Positions 20,647 to 30,234 of a DNA stretch of 64,000 bases are shown piece after piece. The DNA comes from Candidatus Multivoradales bacterium. GTDB lineage: Bacteria > Acidobacteriota > Thermoanaerobaculia > Multivoradales > J023. The stretch covers positions 3,936,001 to 4,000,000 of the forward strand of contig CBDFLE010000006.1 of the NCBI GenBank assembly GCA_965248925.1, given 5' to 3'. The number at the start of each line of letters is the position of its first letter. Positions within the stretch are counted from its first letter, which is position 1. The notes under the pieces were generated by a model. The model worked only from the letters and a program-made list of their open reading frames with translations, was not told the origin of the DNA and ran no database searches. A program made the position numbers and the translations under genes.

Positions 20647-21222
20647 ATGGGCAATAAAATCCTCTTTTCAACCAGGGCTAAGATCTGTCTAGTCGCTGTC
20701 GTGGTTACAGGGTGTGTCTCCTCGGGAGAGGTCTGGTCCAGGCACGTTGCTGGTCAGCTCCAATGTGGTATGACAATCGGCGAAGTTTCGGATCTTGTAC
20801 AGCCGACTCGGAGCGTCGTTCCCTACAAACATGCCTGGCTGGGCGATCTTATGATCGAGAAGGGGCGTAGCACCGTCTGGTTTTCGATGGGGCCAAGAGG
20901 TGTTGAGGCTTTTCGAATTGCGACGGACGAAATCCTACCTCTGAAATCCGTACGACTTTCGCCCCGGGCGAATCTCTGCACTGGTTAATCGACGCTGATG
21001 CTCGAAATCCTCACGAAACGGGAGTTCATAGGTGCATCGGTTTTCTTGGACGGAAAGCAGACGGCTGGGATTGACGAACTGATGTTTGCTCGCCTAGAGA
21101 TTCCCTTGGGCGAGCATGAAATCCGTACCGAGAAAGAGGGTCTTGATCCGTTCGTGAGACACCTTTCGTACTCGGGAACGGACCGAGGTGACCAACGACT
21201 CGACCTCTCGGGTAGAAGTTGA
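20647..21222 (+). pseudogene. Orphan immunity lipoprotein with PEGA-like domain, one nonsense codon
   Basis: Lipobox VTGC; NLCTG then TAA 20986-20988 where the 9329 paralogue has NLCTGE; frame continues. Confidence 0.75.
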
Positions 21223-21267
21223 TGTGGCGCGACCTCGCAAGGCTCCAGGCTGGAGAGATGCACCGCC

Positions 21268-21618
21268 GTGATAAAGCAGACACAAGCCGTACTAGTTGCC
21301 TTGGTAACTACTGGGTGTTTCTCCAGTGGATTGCAGAACAAGTTTCGAGAATCCCTAGGATGCGGCCTGACGGTTGAAGATGTTCGGGTAATAGCTGGGA
21401 ATTCGAGTGTGCGCCACTTCGCTTGCTCTTACGCAGGTGGCCGGCCTCTGACCTGCTCCGCTTCCTGGGGGCGGCGAGGCTATGATTGCAAGTTTGATTC
21501 GAAGGGCGGCCTGATTTCCTACAGACACGTCAAATTAAGGCCGCTAACCGAGGTGGTGTTCTCAGAGTCAGTGATGCTCTGTACTGCACCATCTATGGAT
21601 GACCACTCAACGAACTAG
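21268..21618 (+). CDS. Orphan immunity lipoprotein (Cys-rich)
   Basis: Lipobox TTGC; shares CGL.VE.V, GGR.LTC, WGRRGY.C.FDS, SYRH with 20208-20555; preceded by toxin-tail remnant 21224-21271. Confidence 0.7.
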   Translation: MIKQTQAVLVALVTTGCFSSGLQNKFRESLGCGLTVEDVRVIAGNSSVRHFACSYAGGRPLTCSASWGRRGYDCKFDSKGGLISYRHVKLRPLTEVVFSESVMLCTAPSMDDHSTN

Positions 21619-21729
21619 AAGAGCATCTTGGACCAGCGGGGGCATTTGAACGAGATCCTACGGTTTCAAGCGCTGGCAGCACCTAGCCTTCGACAATCCT
21701 CGAACCTAGAAACTACGCTACCCAGCCAC

Positions 21730-22124
21730 CTACCCAGCCAGCTTCACGGCCCTGGACCGGAGCACGTCGCCGGCCTGGTGGTAGCGCATAGCCAACGCGC
21801 GGGTGCGGTGCCCGGACAGCTGCATGACCTCTTGCAGGCTGACCCAAGCCCGCCCAGCCGAGGTGACAAATCCCGACCTCAACGAATGCCCGCTGTAGTC
21901 GGCCGGATCGAGTCCGGTGCGCAGTGCCCGGTACTTGAGGATTTCGGCCAGAGTGCGCGCGGACATGGCGCGGCCGGCGTGTTGGCCATGGCGATCACTC
22001 TGAGAAAGACCGCCACGGCCGCGGTTCCGGCGATCTGGAGCCAAGAATCGAGAGCGGTGTGATGCCACTGAGAAAGCCAAATATCGGCATCCACCGGCCC
22101 GTGGGTCAGCTTCGCTTGTGGCAT
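21730..22124 (-). pseudogene. Tyrosine recombinase C-terminal remnant, copy 2
   Basis: Near-identical to 10605-10990 with the same frameshift. Confidence 0.85.
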
Positions 22125-24005
22125 CGATCAAACTTTCCCTCTTGAGTGTTAACGAGAATATTCTCTAGCTGCTGGGCAGCTTACCTTGAACTGATCGGCC
22201 CTTCTTATAGCTGGGCCGATTCCATGCCTTCACGATTTCCAACCACCGCGAGCACTTGGCATGCAGCCATGTCTCAGCGGCAACCGTCGATGGGCCTGAC
22301 GCAGTACAAGCGGCGCTGTGGATAACGCTGCTTCGCGCGCCGATCTACTGCCGCCAAAGGCACCCTTGCCACCAAGCCCGCCGCTGGCCACCAAATCCAA
22401 CCTCGCTAGACTGCCCGCTTACAGGCCGCTCGTTGCGAGCAATGACGCCCGCGACGCGGTGGCCGGGGGTAATCTGTGATGCCAACCAAGACAGTCGCAC
22501 AACCGACTCTGAATCCTTGGAGCAACGGCAGCGAACCGAGCGGCTTCCGCAGCGTGATCAAGCCAAGCGGCTGGAGCACCGCGATCTTGCCGAACGGCTA
22601 GTGCCTCAGGGGCGGGCGGATTCCGTAGGTCCGTTCGCCTTCTACAGCCTTTCTTGCCGCTTTGATTATCTCGGTGGTCAGCTCGCCTTTGCGCACGAGG
22701 CTGGTGAAGTGAGTCACTGCGGCGGCGGCGATTGCATCGTGGCGGAATGGTTGCAGAAACCTCGCCATTTCTTTCGCGCGCTCTGTAGCCGCTCTTGTCT
22801 GACCGCTGGTGAGCAGCAAATCGACGAAATCGAGTGTGGCGAGAGCGGCGCTGAATGGGTCTGTGACGATCAGCCCCTCGATCGCCAGCACTAGGAGTGG
22901 CTCAGCGTTGTCAGGTTTCCCGCTGGCCTTCGCGATCGCTCCGGCCGACCATTGGGCCATCGCTCGTGGGTAAATCGCGTCCTGGGGAATCAGCGCCAGC
23001 GCTTGCAGAAGGTATCCCTCGGCCCGGTCGAATCTCTTGGCCTGCTCATCGATGCTAGCTAGCCCCTGATAGGCTGCCGCTCGGTTGCTCCCCTCGCTAT
23101 CTGGCAGCAAGGCCAGGGCAGTCCGATAGGAATCCGTCGCGGCCGCCGGATCGGGCGCGAGCAAGTACGCGCCTTGGTCTACGAAAACCCTCCCCATGCC
23201 TATTCTGTCGCGTTGCGATGCGCAAATGGCCATAGCCATATCGGAGACTGTCAAGGCTGCCTCGACTTCGTTGTGGCCGAAGAGGACAACGCTGGTCCTT
23301 TGCAGCAAGTCGGCTCTCACCCCTGGCGGTGCCCAGCATCCGATTACTAAGACTGTCTCCAGGCAGAAGGCGGCGCATTCCAATGAGGCCGCGTGGCGGT
23401 GTGCAGAGCCAAGGGCGCCGGCTGCTCGGCAGAATGCCTCGCCCGCGTCTGGTCCCGTGATCTTGGTGGAGGTCTCGACGGCGAGGATCTGCGCTACGGA
23501 ATGTGTCAATGAAAGTGAGACACTTTCTTCTGGGAATTAGTACGGAATCGGTAGTGGCTCCGGCACCATCGCTTTCAGCGAGGGCGCGCAGCCAGGGGTC
23601 TCGCCTGGTGCGTCGTTGTGTACGCGGTGTGTCACTACGTTCTCGGTATCGACTGGGTCAGTGCTGGCGGCGGTGGTCGGCGGGTTGATCCAGACCTTGT
23701 CACTGGGCTCCGGCAAAGCCGGCGCTCGCCGCTTGAAGCGGCTTGGATGAGCGGCTGAGGCGGCGGCGAGGACTTCTCGACGTTGCTCCAGTACTGAGGC
23801 CGTGAGGCCGTAGTGGACGGTCTCTGGCGTCAACAAGCCGAGTCCTGTGTGGTAGTGCTGCGTGTTGTACCAGCCGATGAACGAGCGGCAGAATGCTCGT
23901 GCATCTTCCAGTGATCCGAAGCGGTCGGGAAAGCTCGGATGGTACTTGAGCGTCTTGAACTGGGCCTCAGAGAACGGATTGTCGTTGCTCGTGTAGGGCC
24001 GGTTC

Positions 24006-26534
24006 CAGACCTCCTGACCTACCCCTCCTAACCCTCTGAAAACACAGGACCGCCCCTCAGAGGTGGTGCGGACCCAAAACTGTCCGCTTTTTTCGGTGCC
24101 GAGGCATGATCGAGCATGGCACTGACGAGCGAGCACACCGTCCTGTTCCCAGACCACGCCGGGGTCCCCGATGGGGTTGTGGTGATCAACGACCGCTGCC
24201 GCCTCCAGCAGAGGGGCGGCTATCGGGTGGTGGTGGTCAGCGGCATGCCGCTCGCTCACTTCGCTGCCGGCGACAGGACAGGCGAGGCCCACGCGATGGT
24301 GAGTCTCGTTGAATTGGGCTGGGCACAGCAACGCGAGGTGGCCCTTGCGTTCGCTTGTGATGTGCGGACTGTGCGCCGGAATCAGCGCCGCTTCGAAGAA
24401 GGTGGGCTGGCTGCTCTGGGCCGGCCGCGCGGTTTTCCCCGGGGTCAGTCTCGGGTAGCGCAGGGCCGCCTGGACGCGGTCAACGGCTGGAAGGCCGAGG
24501 GTGTGTCGAATCGCGAGATTGGCCGGCGGCTGGGCATCGATGAGAAGGCCGTTCGCAAGCTCGCCAAGCGCCTGGGCTGGAAAGAGCGGTCGGTAGTGCA
24601 GATGACGATGCCCTTCGAGAGTGCGGACCCAAAACTGTCCGGCTCTGATGAGCAGCAGGTCGACGGCCCCCTGAAAACTGCGGATCTTGCGCTCGACGCT
24701 GAGGGTGGCGGTGACCCAGCGGCTGCGGACCCAAAACTGTCCGCTTCTGCGTCCGAGCAAGATCAGGTTCCCCTCTCGCTGGACCTCGATCCAGCGGATC
24801 GCGCCAGCGATCGGCTGCTGGCGAGGCTGGGATTCCTCGATGATGCGGCGCCGATCTTCGGAGCGGCGACCCAGCTACCGGGCGCCGGTGCTCTGCTGGC
24901 GATTCCCGCCCTGGTGGACAGCGGCGTGCTCTCCATCGCGCAGGAGCTGTACGGCAGCATCGGGCCGGCCTTCTATGGGCTGCGCACCACTCTGGTAACC
25001 CTGCTGCTGATGGCACTGTTGCGGGTCAAGCGACCCGAAGGGCTCAAGGAGCGCTCACCCCGGCATTTGGGTCAGCTTCTCGGGCTCGACCGAGCGCCGG
25101 AAGTGAAAACCTTGCGCAACAAGCTCGCTCGGCTGGCCGCGCATGGCCTGGCCGCGGATCTCGGTCGCGCCCTCGCTCAGCGCCGGGTCGCCACCAGGGG
25201 CCATGCCATGGGCTTCCTCTACGTGGACGGGCATGTGCGCGCCTACCACGGTGGCCGAGAGATTCCCAAGACACACGTAGCGCGGATGCGGATCGCGATG
25301 CCGGCCACCACCGACTACTGGGTCAACGATGCTGAGAGCGAGCCTCTCTTCGTGGTTCCCACCGAGGCCAACAAGGGGCTTGCGACGATGCTTCCCCTCA
25401 TTCTCGAAGAGGTACGAAAGCTACTCGGAGACCGGCGAGTCACCGTCGTCTTCGACCGTGGGGGTTGGAGCCCGAAGCTGTTTGCGAAGCTCATCGCCAA
25501 GAAGTTCGACATCCTCACATACCGAAAGGCCCCCTTTCGTCCGGTGCCGTTGAGCAAGTTCGGGCAGATCAAGGACACGATCCACGGGCGGAAGCTCGAG
25601 TACCTCCTCGCCGATCAGCGTATCTACCTCGAGTATGGCCCGAGGAAGAAGCGCAAGCGGCTGTACCTGCGCCAGGTCACCCGCCTCTGCGACAACGGCC
25701 ACCAGACGTCCATCATCACCTCCCGCCGCGACCTCTCCACACTCGAGGTCGCCTACCGCATGTTCGATCGTTGGAGGCAAGAGAACTTCTTCAAATACCT
25801 GCGCGAAGAATTCGCACTCGATGCCCTGGTGGACTATGGCACCGAGCCAGCGGACGCCGCCCGCGATGTGCCGAATCCCGAGCGCGGCAAGATCAATGCA
25901 GAGCTGCGCAAAGCTCACGCACATCTCGAGCAGCTCCGGGCCCACATCGGGATCGCTGCTCTTGAAAACCGCGAGGATCGGCGGCGCACGATGCGCGGAT
26001 TCAAGATCGCCAACGCCGCCATCTCCGCCAGGGTCCGGGCAGCGATAGAGCAGATCACCGAACTCGAGAACCAGCGCGCGACCCTCCCCGTCCGCGTCCC
26101 CGTCCAAGAGGTCGTCGAAGCGGATGTCATCAAGCTGTCCGTCGAGCGCAAGCACCTCACCGATATTCTCAAGATGGTCGCCTACCAGGCCGAAGGTGAT
26201 CTTCTCCGGCTCCTATCACCCCACTACCGCCGCACCGAGCAGGAGGGACGCACCCTGATCCAAAGCGCTTTCGCGGCCGGCGGCGATATGGAGGTTACCG
26301 ACACCGTGCTGCTCCTTTCCATCGACCCGCTCAGCTCTCCCCACAAGACGGCGGCGATCGCCGCCGTCTGCGAAGAACTCAACGCTACCGCCACCCACTT
26401 CCCCGGCACCGAGCTACGGATGCGGTTCGCGATCAAGAAGGCGCCACCCCGGAGCCTGGCCTTCCCAGGGCCTCGGAACACCTCCGGAGAGGCTCAACCG
26501 GACATTTGAGAAAAAGGGTATGTCAGGAGTTCTG
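24006..26534 (+). mobile_element. Intact 2.5-kb IS with single large DDE transposase (family not assigned)
   Basis: 19-bp TIRs CAGACCTCCTGACCTACCC / CAGAACTCCTGACATACCC; 5-bp target duplication GGTTC at 24001-24005 and 26535-26539. Confidence 0.92.
24116..26509 (+). CDS. Transposase, 797 aa, two N-terminal HTH regions plus IS4-superfamily-like DDE domain
   Basis: YVDGH, VVFDRGG, RWRQENFFK motifs; fills the interval between the TIRs. Confidence 0.85.
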   Translation: MALTSEHTVLFPDHAGVPDGVVVINDRCRLQQRGGYRVVVVSGMPLAHFAAGDRTGEAHAMVSLVELGWAQQREVALAFACDVRTVRRNQRRFEEGGLAALGRPRGFPRGQSRVAQGRLDAVNGWKAEGVSNREIGRRLGIDEKAVRKLAKRLGWKERSVVQMTMPFESADPKLSGSDEQQVDGPLKTADLALDAEGGGDPAAADPKLSASASEQDQVPLSLDLDPADRASDRLLARLGFLDDAAPIFGAATQLPGAGALLAIPALVDSGVLSIAQELYGSIGPAFYGLRTTLVTLLLMALLRVKRPEGLKERSPRHLGQLLGLDRAPEVKTLRNKLARLAAHGLAADLGRALAQRRVATRGHAMGFLYVDGHVRAYHGGREIPKTHVARMRIAMPATTDYWVNDAESEPLFVVPTEANKGLATMLPLILEEVRKLLGDRRVTVVFDRGGWSPKLFAKLIAKKFDILTYRKAPFRPVPLSKFGQIKDTIHGRKLEYLLADQRIYLEYGPRKKRKRLYLRQVTRLCDNGHQTSIITSRRDLSTLEVAYRMFDRWRQENFFKYLREEFALDALVDYGTEPADAARDVPNPERGKINAELRKAHAHLEQLRAHIGIAALENREDRRRTMRGFKIANAAISARVRAAIEQITELENQRATLPVRVPVQEVVEADVIKLSVERKHLTDILKMVAYQAEGDLLRLLSPHYRRTEQEGRTLIQSAFAAGGDMEVTDTVLLLSIDPLSSPHKTAAIAAVCEELNATATHFPGTELRMRFAIKKAPPRSLAFPGPRNTSGEAQPDI

Positions 26535-27188
26535 GGTTCAGCGACCGTGTCATCCCGAGATCGGCCAGCAGTAGAGCCACTGGCTTGGATGTCATGCTCG
26601 AACCGCGGTCCGAGTGCAAGGTAAGTCGATCTCGCTCAACACCTTGCTTCTCAACACTGTCGGCGATCAACCGCTTCGCGAGCCCTCCGGACTCGCGGCA
26701 GGCGAGCATCCAGCCGACGATGTAGCGGCTGAAGACGTCCAGAATTACGTAAAGGTAGTAGTGGGTCCACTTCACCGGGCCCTTGAGCTTGGTGATGTCC
26801 CACGACCACACCTCGTTCGGCCCTGTGGCCAGCAGTTCGGGCTTGGTGTAGTTGGGATGACGCCGCTGACGGCGTCGCTCGCGCAGCTCGCCCTCAGACT
26901 CCAGGACCCGGTACATGGTGCGCACCGAGCAGATATGGCGCTGATCCTCGTCCAGCAGCGCCGCCCAGACTTGACGCGGCGAGCGGTCGACGAAGCGCTC
27001 CGAGTGCAACACATCGAGGACCTCCTGGCGTTCAGCGGGCGTCAATGCCAGCGGCGGTCGAGGCCGCGTTGATAGCTGCGGCCCTGCGCTCTGCTGCCGA
27101 CGGCGGCGATAGAAAGTGGCTCTGGGGACCGCCAAGGCGACGCAGGCTGCTTGCACCCCCACCGTCTCGGCCAGCGGCGCCACAGCGC

Positions 27189-27602
27189 TCATGGCTGGCT
27201 CTCGCTCGGCTCGATCCCTAGCAGCCGGGAAAGTTTTTTTTGGACATCGATGATCGTCTCGGCTTTGTACAGCTGATGCTTGAGCCGGGCATTCTCACGC
27301 TCAAGCTCCGCGACGCGGCGGGCCTCGGCAGAGACCGGTCGACGCTTGCGACCGCGCTTCTTCGACAGACCGGCCAGAGCTCCCGTGTCGCGCTGACGGC
27401 GCCACGTCGACAGTAGCGAGGAATACAGACCCTCCTGGCGAAGCAGGGCGCCAATCTCGCCGGGCTTGCTACAGGCGTCGGCGGCCTGGACGATGCGCAG
27501 CTTGTACGACGCGCTGTACCGCCGCCGCTTCGCCTTCTCAGCTACCTCGGGATCTGGTCGGTCAGCACCCATATCTCGCAGCTCGTGGCTTGGACTCGCC
27601 AT
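27189..27602 (-). CDS. IS3 OrfA (HTH)
   Basis: RRRYSASYKLRIV...GLYSSLLSTWRRQ; A8 slippery run (27234-27241); ATGA overlap with orfB. Confidence 0.85.
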   Translation of the reverse strand: MASPSHELRDMGADRPDPEVAEKAKRRRYSASYKLRIVQAADACSKPGEIGALLRQEGLYSSLLSTWRRQRDTGALAGLSKKRGRKRRPVSAEARRVAELERENARLKHQLYKAETIIDVQKKLSRLLGIEPSESQP

Positions 27603-28548
27603 GGTGATTGCTCTCCACACCCTCACTAATTTCTCGGTACTTGAGTGTCTCACTTACATTGGCACAGAGGGATCGCGCTATTGCATCCTCGGGTGCGCGC
27701 AGTCGCAGCTTGTCGATCGCCAGGGCGGCACTCTTGACGCCCGCCAAGCTACGCCAGCGAGGCTCCACCCGCAGCACCTGCCGGCGGTGGTTGAGTGGCG
27801 CGTGGAGCAAGCAGGCGAAGGCTTCCTCGGTAGTGGGCGCGGAATGTTGCTGGGCCTGGGCTGGGTCCAAGCGGTTGCAAGCGACTTGCCGCGCTGCGGA
27901 TTGGAGTCTGAGAATGGCGCTCGGTGGAGTCTTGAGAACGATCTTCGTTGCTTCGCTCTTCGTCTCGGCAGTCTCCGCACCACCCTCGGCCGCTGCCTTG
28001 GTCTTGCCGCTCTGTGTCTCGATCTTGGACTTGGTCTTGATCGTGGGCAGCTTCGCCAGAGTGTCTTGCCGCTTGCCGTGGGTGGCCTCGCGGACTTTGC
28101 GGAGCAGCTCAGCAGGGTCGGGCTTGGTGTTTTCGTTGAGCAGCTCGCCAAGATCGAGGCCCATTCCGCGGGCGCAGGAGAGTAGTTGGTAGCCGGTCAG
28201 CTTGAACACTGGCCGGGTGAGTGCCTCCCGAGTCCAGCCCCGAGCGTGACCGCTGGCCCGGTCGACAGCAGGTTGGCGGCCGCGGTGAAAAGCGAAGTCG
28301 CGGAGCAGGGCCCGACGCAGCTGTTCAATCCGCTGCTTGTTCTCGCTATTCATCCCCCAGGCTCCATTGAATTGATCTCAAGCTCTCGCGCTTCGATCAT
28401 AGCGCAATTCCTGGGCTTTCCGGCTGACGCCAAGGTATATAGATCCGGCAGTACAGGTCACTTCTCTGCAAAATGGGGTGCCGTCTATAGATCGATCCGA
28501 TGAAACTTGCTGCTCTGGTGGATTCCTTCGCTGACTAAGGTGCGGCCC

Positions 28549-28823
28549 ATGAGTGACGAAACACTGATCTGGGACGCCGCTTCGCGGGATCAAATCGAGG
28601 CGAAGGCGCGGGCGCTGATGCTAGGGGTCGCTAGGTGGCTAGCGCGCCGCGGTCGGGGCACATGAACGCTCCAGCGGTCGCTCCGATCGTGCTACAGCAG
28701 GCCCGCGCAGCACTGCTTGAAGTCGCGACGCACTTGGTTCAGTTCGGGCTCAAGTCCCTCAGCTTGCTGACTACAGAAAACGCCGCCTCCCTCGCGGACA
28801 GTCGGTCAGCTGGGTGGATATAG
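28549..28823 (+). CDS. Unit 2 copies of the two small coupled ORFs (28549-28665, 28662-28823)
   Basis: Near-identical to 13246-13520. Confidence 0.4.
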
Positions 28824-29082
28824 GACCGACCGATTTAGGATCTGGCGAGGGAATCAGCCCTCGCTTTGACCCGCGCCGGCTGGCGACCTTCTGCTGTTGG
28901 CAGTTCCCCCTGCCGCGGTCGCTGGTCGGCTGTTTTGTCCGCAGTAAGACTCGAACCAGGGGGCCGCCCTCCAAGTGGGTGGCGTTGGCCCGGCCGGTGG
29001 GGTTCGGAGCGTGAGTGCTTGGGCGCTCGCGCTTCCCCCTCGCAGCCACCGGCCGGGCTTCTCTGTTGGGCGTGGCTGCGAC

Positions 29083-29904
29083 TTACTGTTTGACTGCTTG
29101 GCGCAGAAAGACAGTATTGGCGACCGACACCGTCTTGCCGTCTTGGTCGAGCAGGGTCAAGGTTGGAGTGATCGCTTTCAGCGTGCCGCGCTGGCCTTGA
29201 ATCTCGATTGGCTGACCGATGACGAAGACCCGGCGGGCGTAGAAACCGGCCAGGATGCTGTGGGTGACTTCGCGGCTGCCGAGGCCGAATGACAGACCGA
29301 AGGCCAACGCCAGTCCAGCCAGCGAGCAGAAAGTGACGATGCGGACGATGTCGGTGTCGATTCCCAACTGGCTGAAGGCCATGATGCCGGCGATGAACAG
29401 GATCAGGCCGGAGATCGCACTGCCCATGGCCGAGCCGGCATCGAAGCCAGAACTTTTCGCCGCCTGGCCGACCGCGCGGCCGGCAAAGGGACCCGCCAGG
29501 CTGCCAAGCAGCAAGATCAGGAGGGCCGAAACCAGGTTGGGCATGAAGGCAAGGAACGATCCCAGGGCTTGCGATACCGCTGTCAGGCCGAGTCCGTCTG
29601 CGGCGGTGCGGGCAAACAAGAAAAGCAACAGGAAGTAAACCAGCCGCGGTAACAACTGACTCATTGGCTGGCGGATGCCGATCCGGCTTACCGCCTGGTC
29701 GATGCCCACTTTCTGCGCCAGGGAGTCGACTCCGACTCGACTCAGCAAGCCGCGCAGCAGGCGCTCGACGAGTTTGGATACCACCAGGGCGACGATCAGC
29801 AAGATGAGGCCGGTGAGCACCTTTGGGGCGGCGCCGATCACCGAACTCACCAGCTGCTGGTAAGTCTCGATCAGCTCGCTCTTGATCAGCAGGGTCGTTT
29901 CCAT
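29083..29904 (-). CDS. Small-conductance mechanosensitive channel (MscS/CmpX-like) protein
   Basis: TM_helix-type repeats, ALAFGLSFGLGSRE, C-terminal MscS beta domain. Confidence 0.8.
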   Translation of the reverse strand: METTLLIKSELIETYQQLVSSVIGAAPKVLTGLILLIVALVVSKLVERLLRGLLSRVGVDSLAQKVGIDQAVSRIGIRQPMSQLLPRLVYFLLLFLFARTAADGLGLTAVSQALGSFLAFMPNLVSALLILLLGSLAGPFAGRAVGQAAKSSGFDAGSAMGSAISGLILFIAGIMAFSQLGIDTDIVRIVTFCSLAGLALAFGLSFGLGSREVTHSILAGFYARRVFVIGQPIEIQGQRGTLKAITPTLTLLDQDGKTVSVANTVFLRQAVKQ

Positions 29905-29910
29905 GGGTTC

Positions 29911-30234
29911 CTACCTTGGGTTCTGTGGGTTCTGTGGGTTCTGTGGGTTCTGTGGATTCTGTGGGTTCGAAGGATGCTCATCGACGTTGGCGTCTGGGTC
30001 GCTGCCAAAAAGCGCGCCTAGCCACTCCATCAAGACCAGAATCGGACCGTGCCAGCCCAGCTCGACCACTTGGGTGCCGAGATCGCGACGCTCGATCCTC
30101 CGTCGGATCCGGCCGAAAAATCCTTGGTGAGGGACTTCGCGCAAGCTGGCCAGCTCGGCGATTGGCTCGCCGGTGTCGATGTCGTCGTTGTCATTCGTCG
30201 ACAGCTCGTCCGCTCGGTCCTTGCCGGTGCTCAC
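29911..30234 (-). CDS. Putative small anti-sigma factor with (NPQ)n tail
   Basis: GTGA-coupled to the ECF sigma; one hydrophobic segment. Confidence 0.55.
   Translation of the reverse strand: MSTGKDRADELSTNDNDDIDTGEPIAELASLREVPHQGFFGRIRRRIERRDLGTQVVELGWHGPILVLMEWLGALFGSDPDANVDEHPSNPQNPQNPQNPQNPQNPR
29918..29968. repeat. 9-bp tandem repeat GGGTTCTGT, about 5.5 copies
   Basis: Directly visible; encodes NPQ repeats. Confidence 0.95.

Larger units (their letters stand above)
23537..27192 (-). pseudogene. IS3 OrfB (DDE integrase core), split at 24006-26534
   Basis: WSWDITKL, LHSDRGS, SNDNPFSEAQFKTLKY; removing the inner IS restores MTRSLNRPYTSNDNP. Confidence 0.9.
23502..27666 (-). mobile_element. 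IS3-family insertion sequence, interrupted by a second IS
   Basis: TIRs TGTGTCAATGAAAGTGAGACAC / TGTGCCAATGTAAGTGAGACAC; orfA plus DDE orfB. Confidence 0.9.
22598..28353 (-). pseudogene. HTH-TPR regulator copy 2, split by IS3 (parts ~27675-28353 and 22598-~23496)
   Basis: The two halves match 11473-13050. Confidence 0.9.
3991..29313. mobile_element. Tandemly repeated Rhs-toxin genomic island (unit 1 ~4214-13778, unit 2 ~14010-29082) inserted in the MscS-like gene 3' end
   Basis: Three ~220-bp direct repeats of the gene end, same gene order in both units, recombinase remnants. Confidence 0.85.

Noticed and set aside
9940-21222. Programmed stop-codon readthrough or selenocysteine in immunity genes
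   Set aside because: Stops are mixed TGA and TAA at unrelated positions, each one base from a plausible sense codon; decay is simpler
23537-24760. 407-aa ORF on the minus strand
   Set aside because: Chimera of the IS3 orfB tail and the antisense strand of the inner IS
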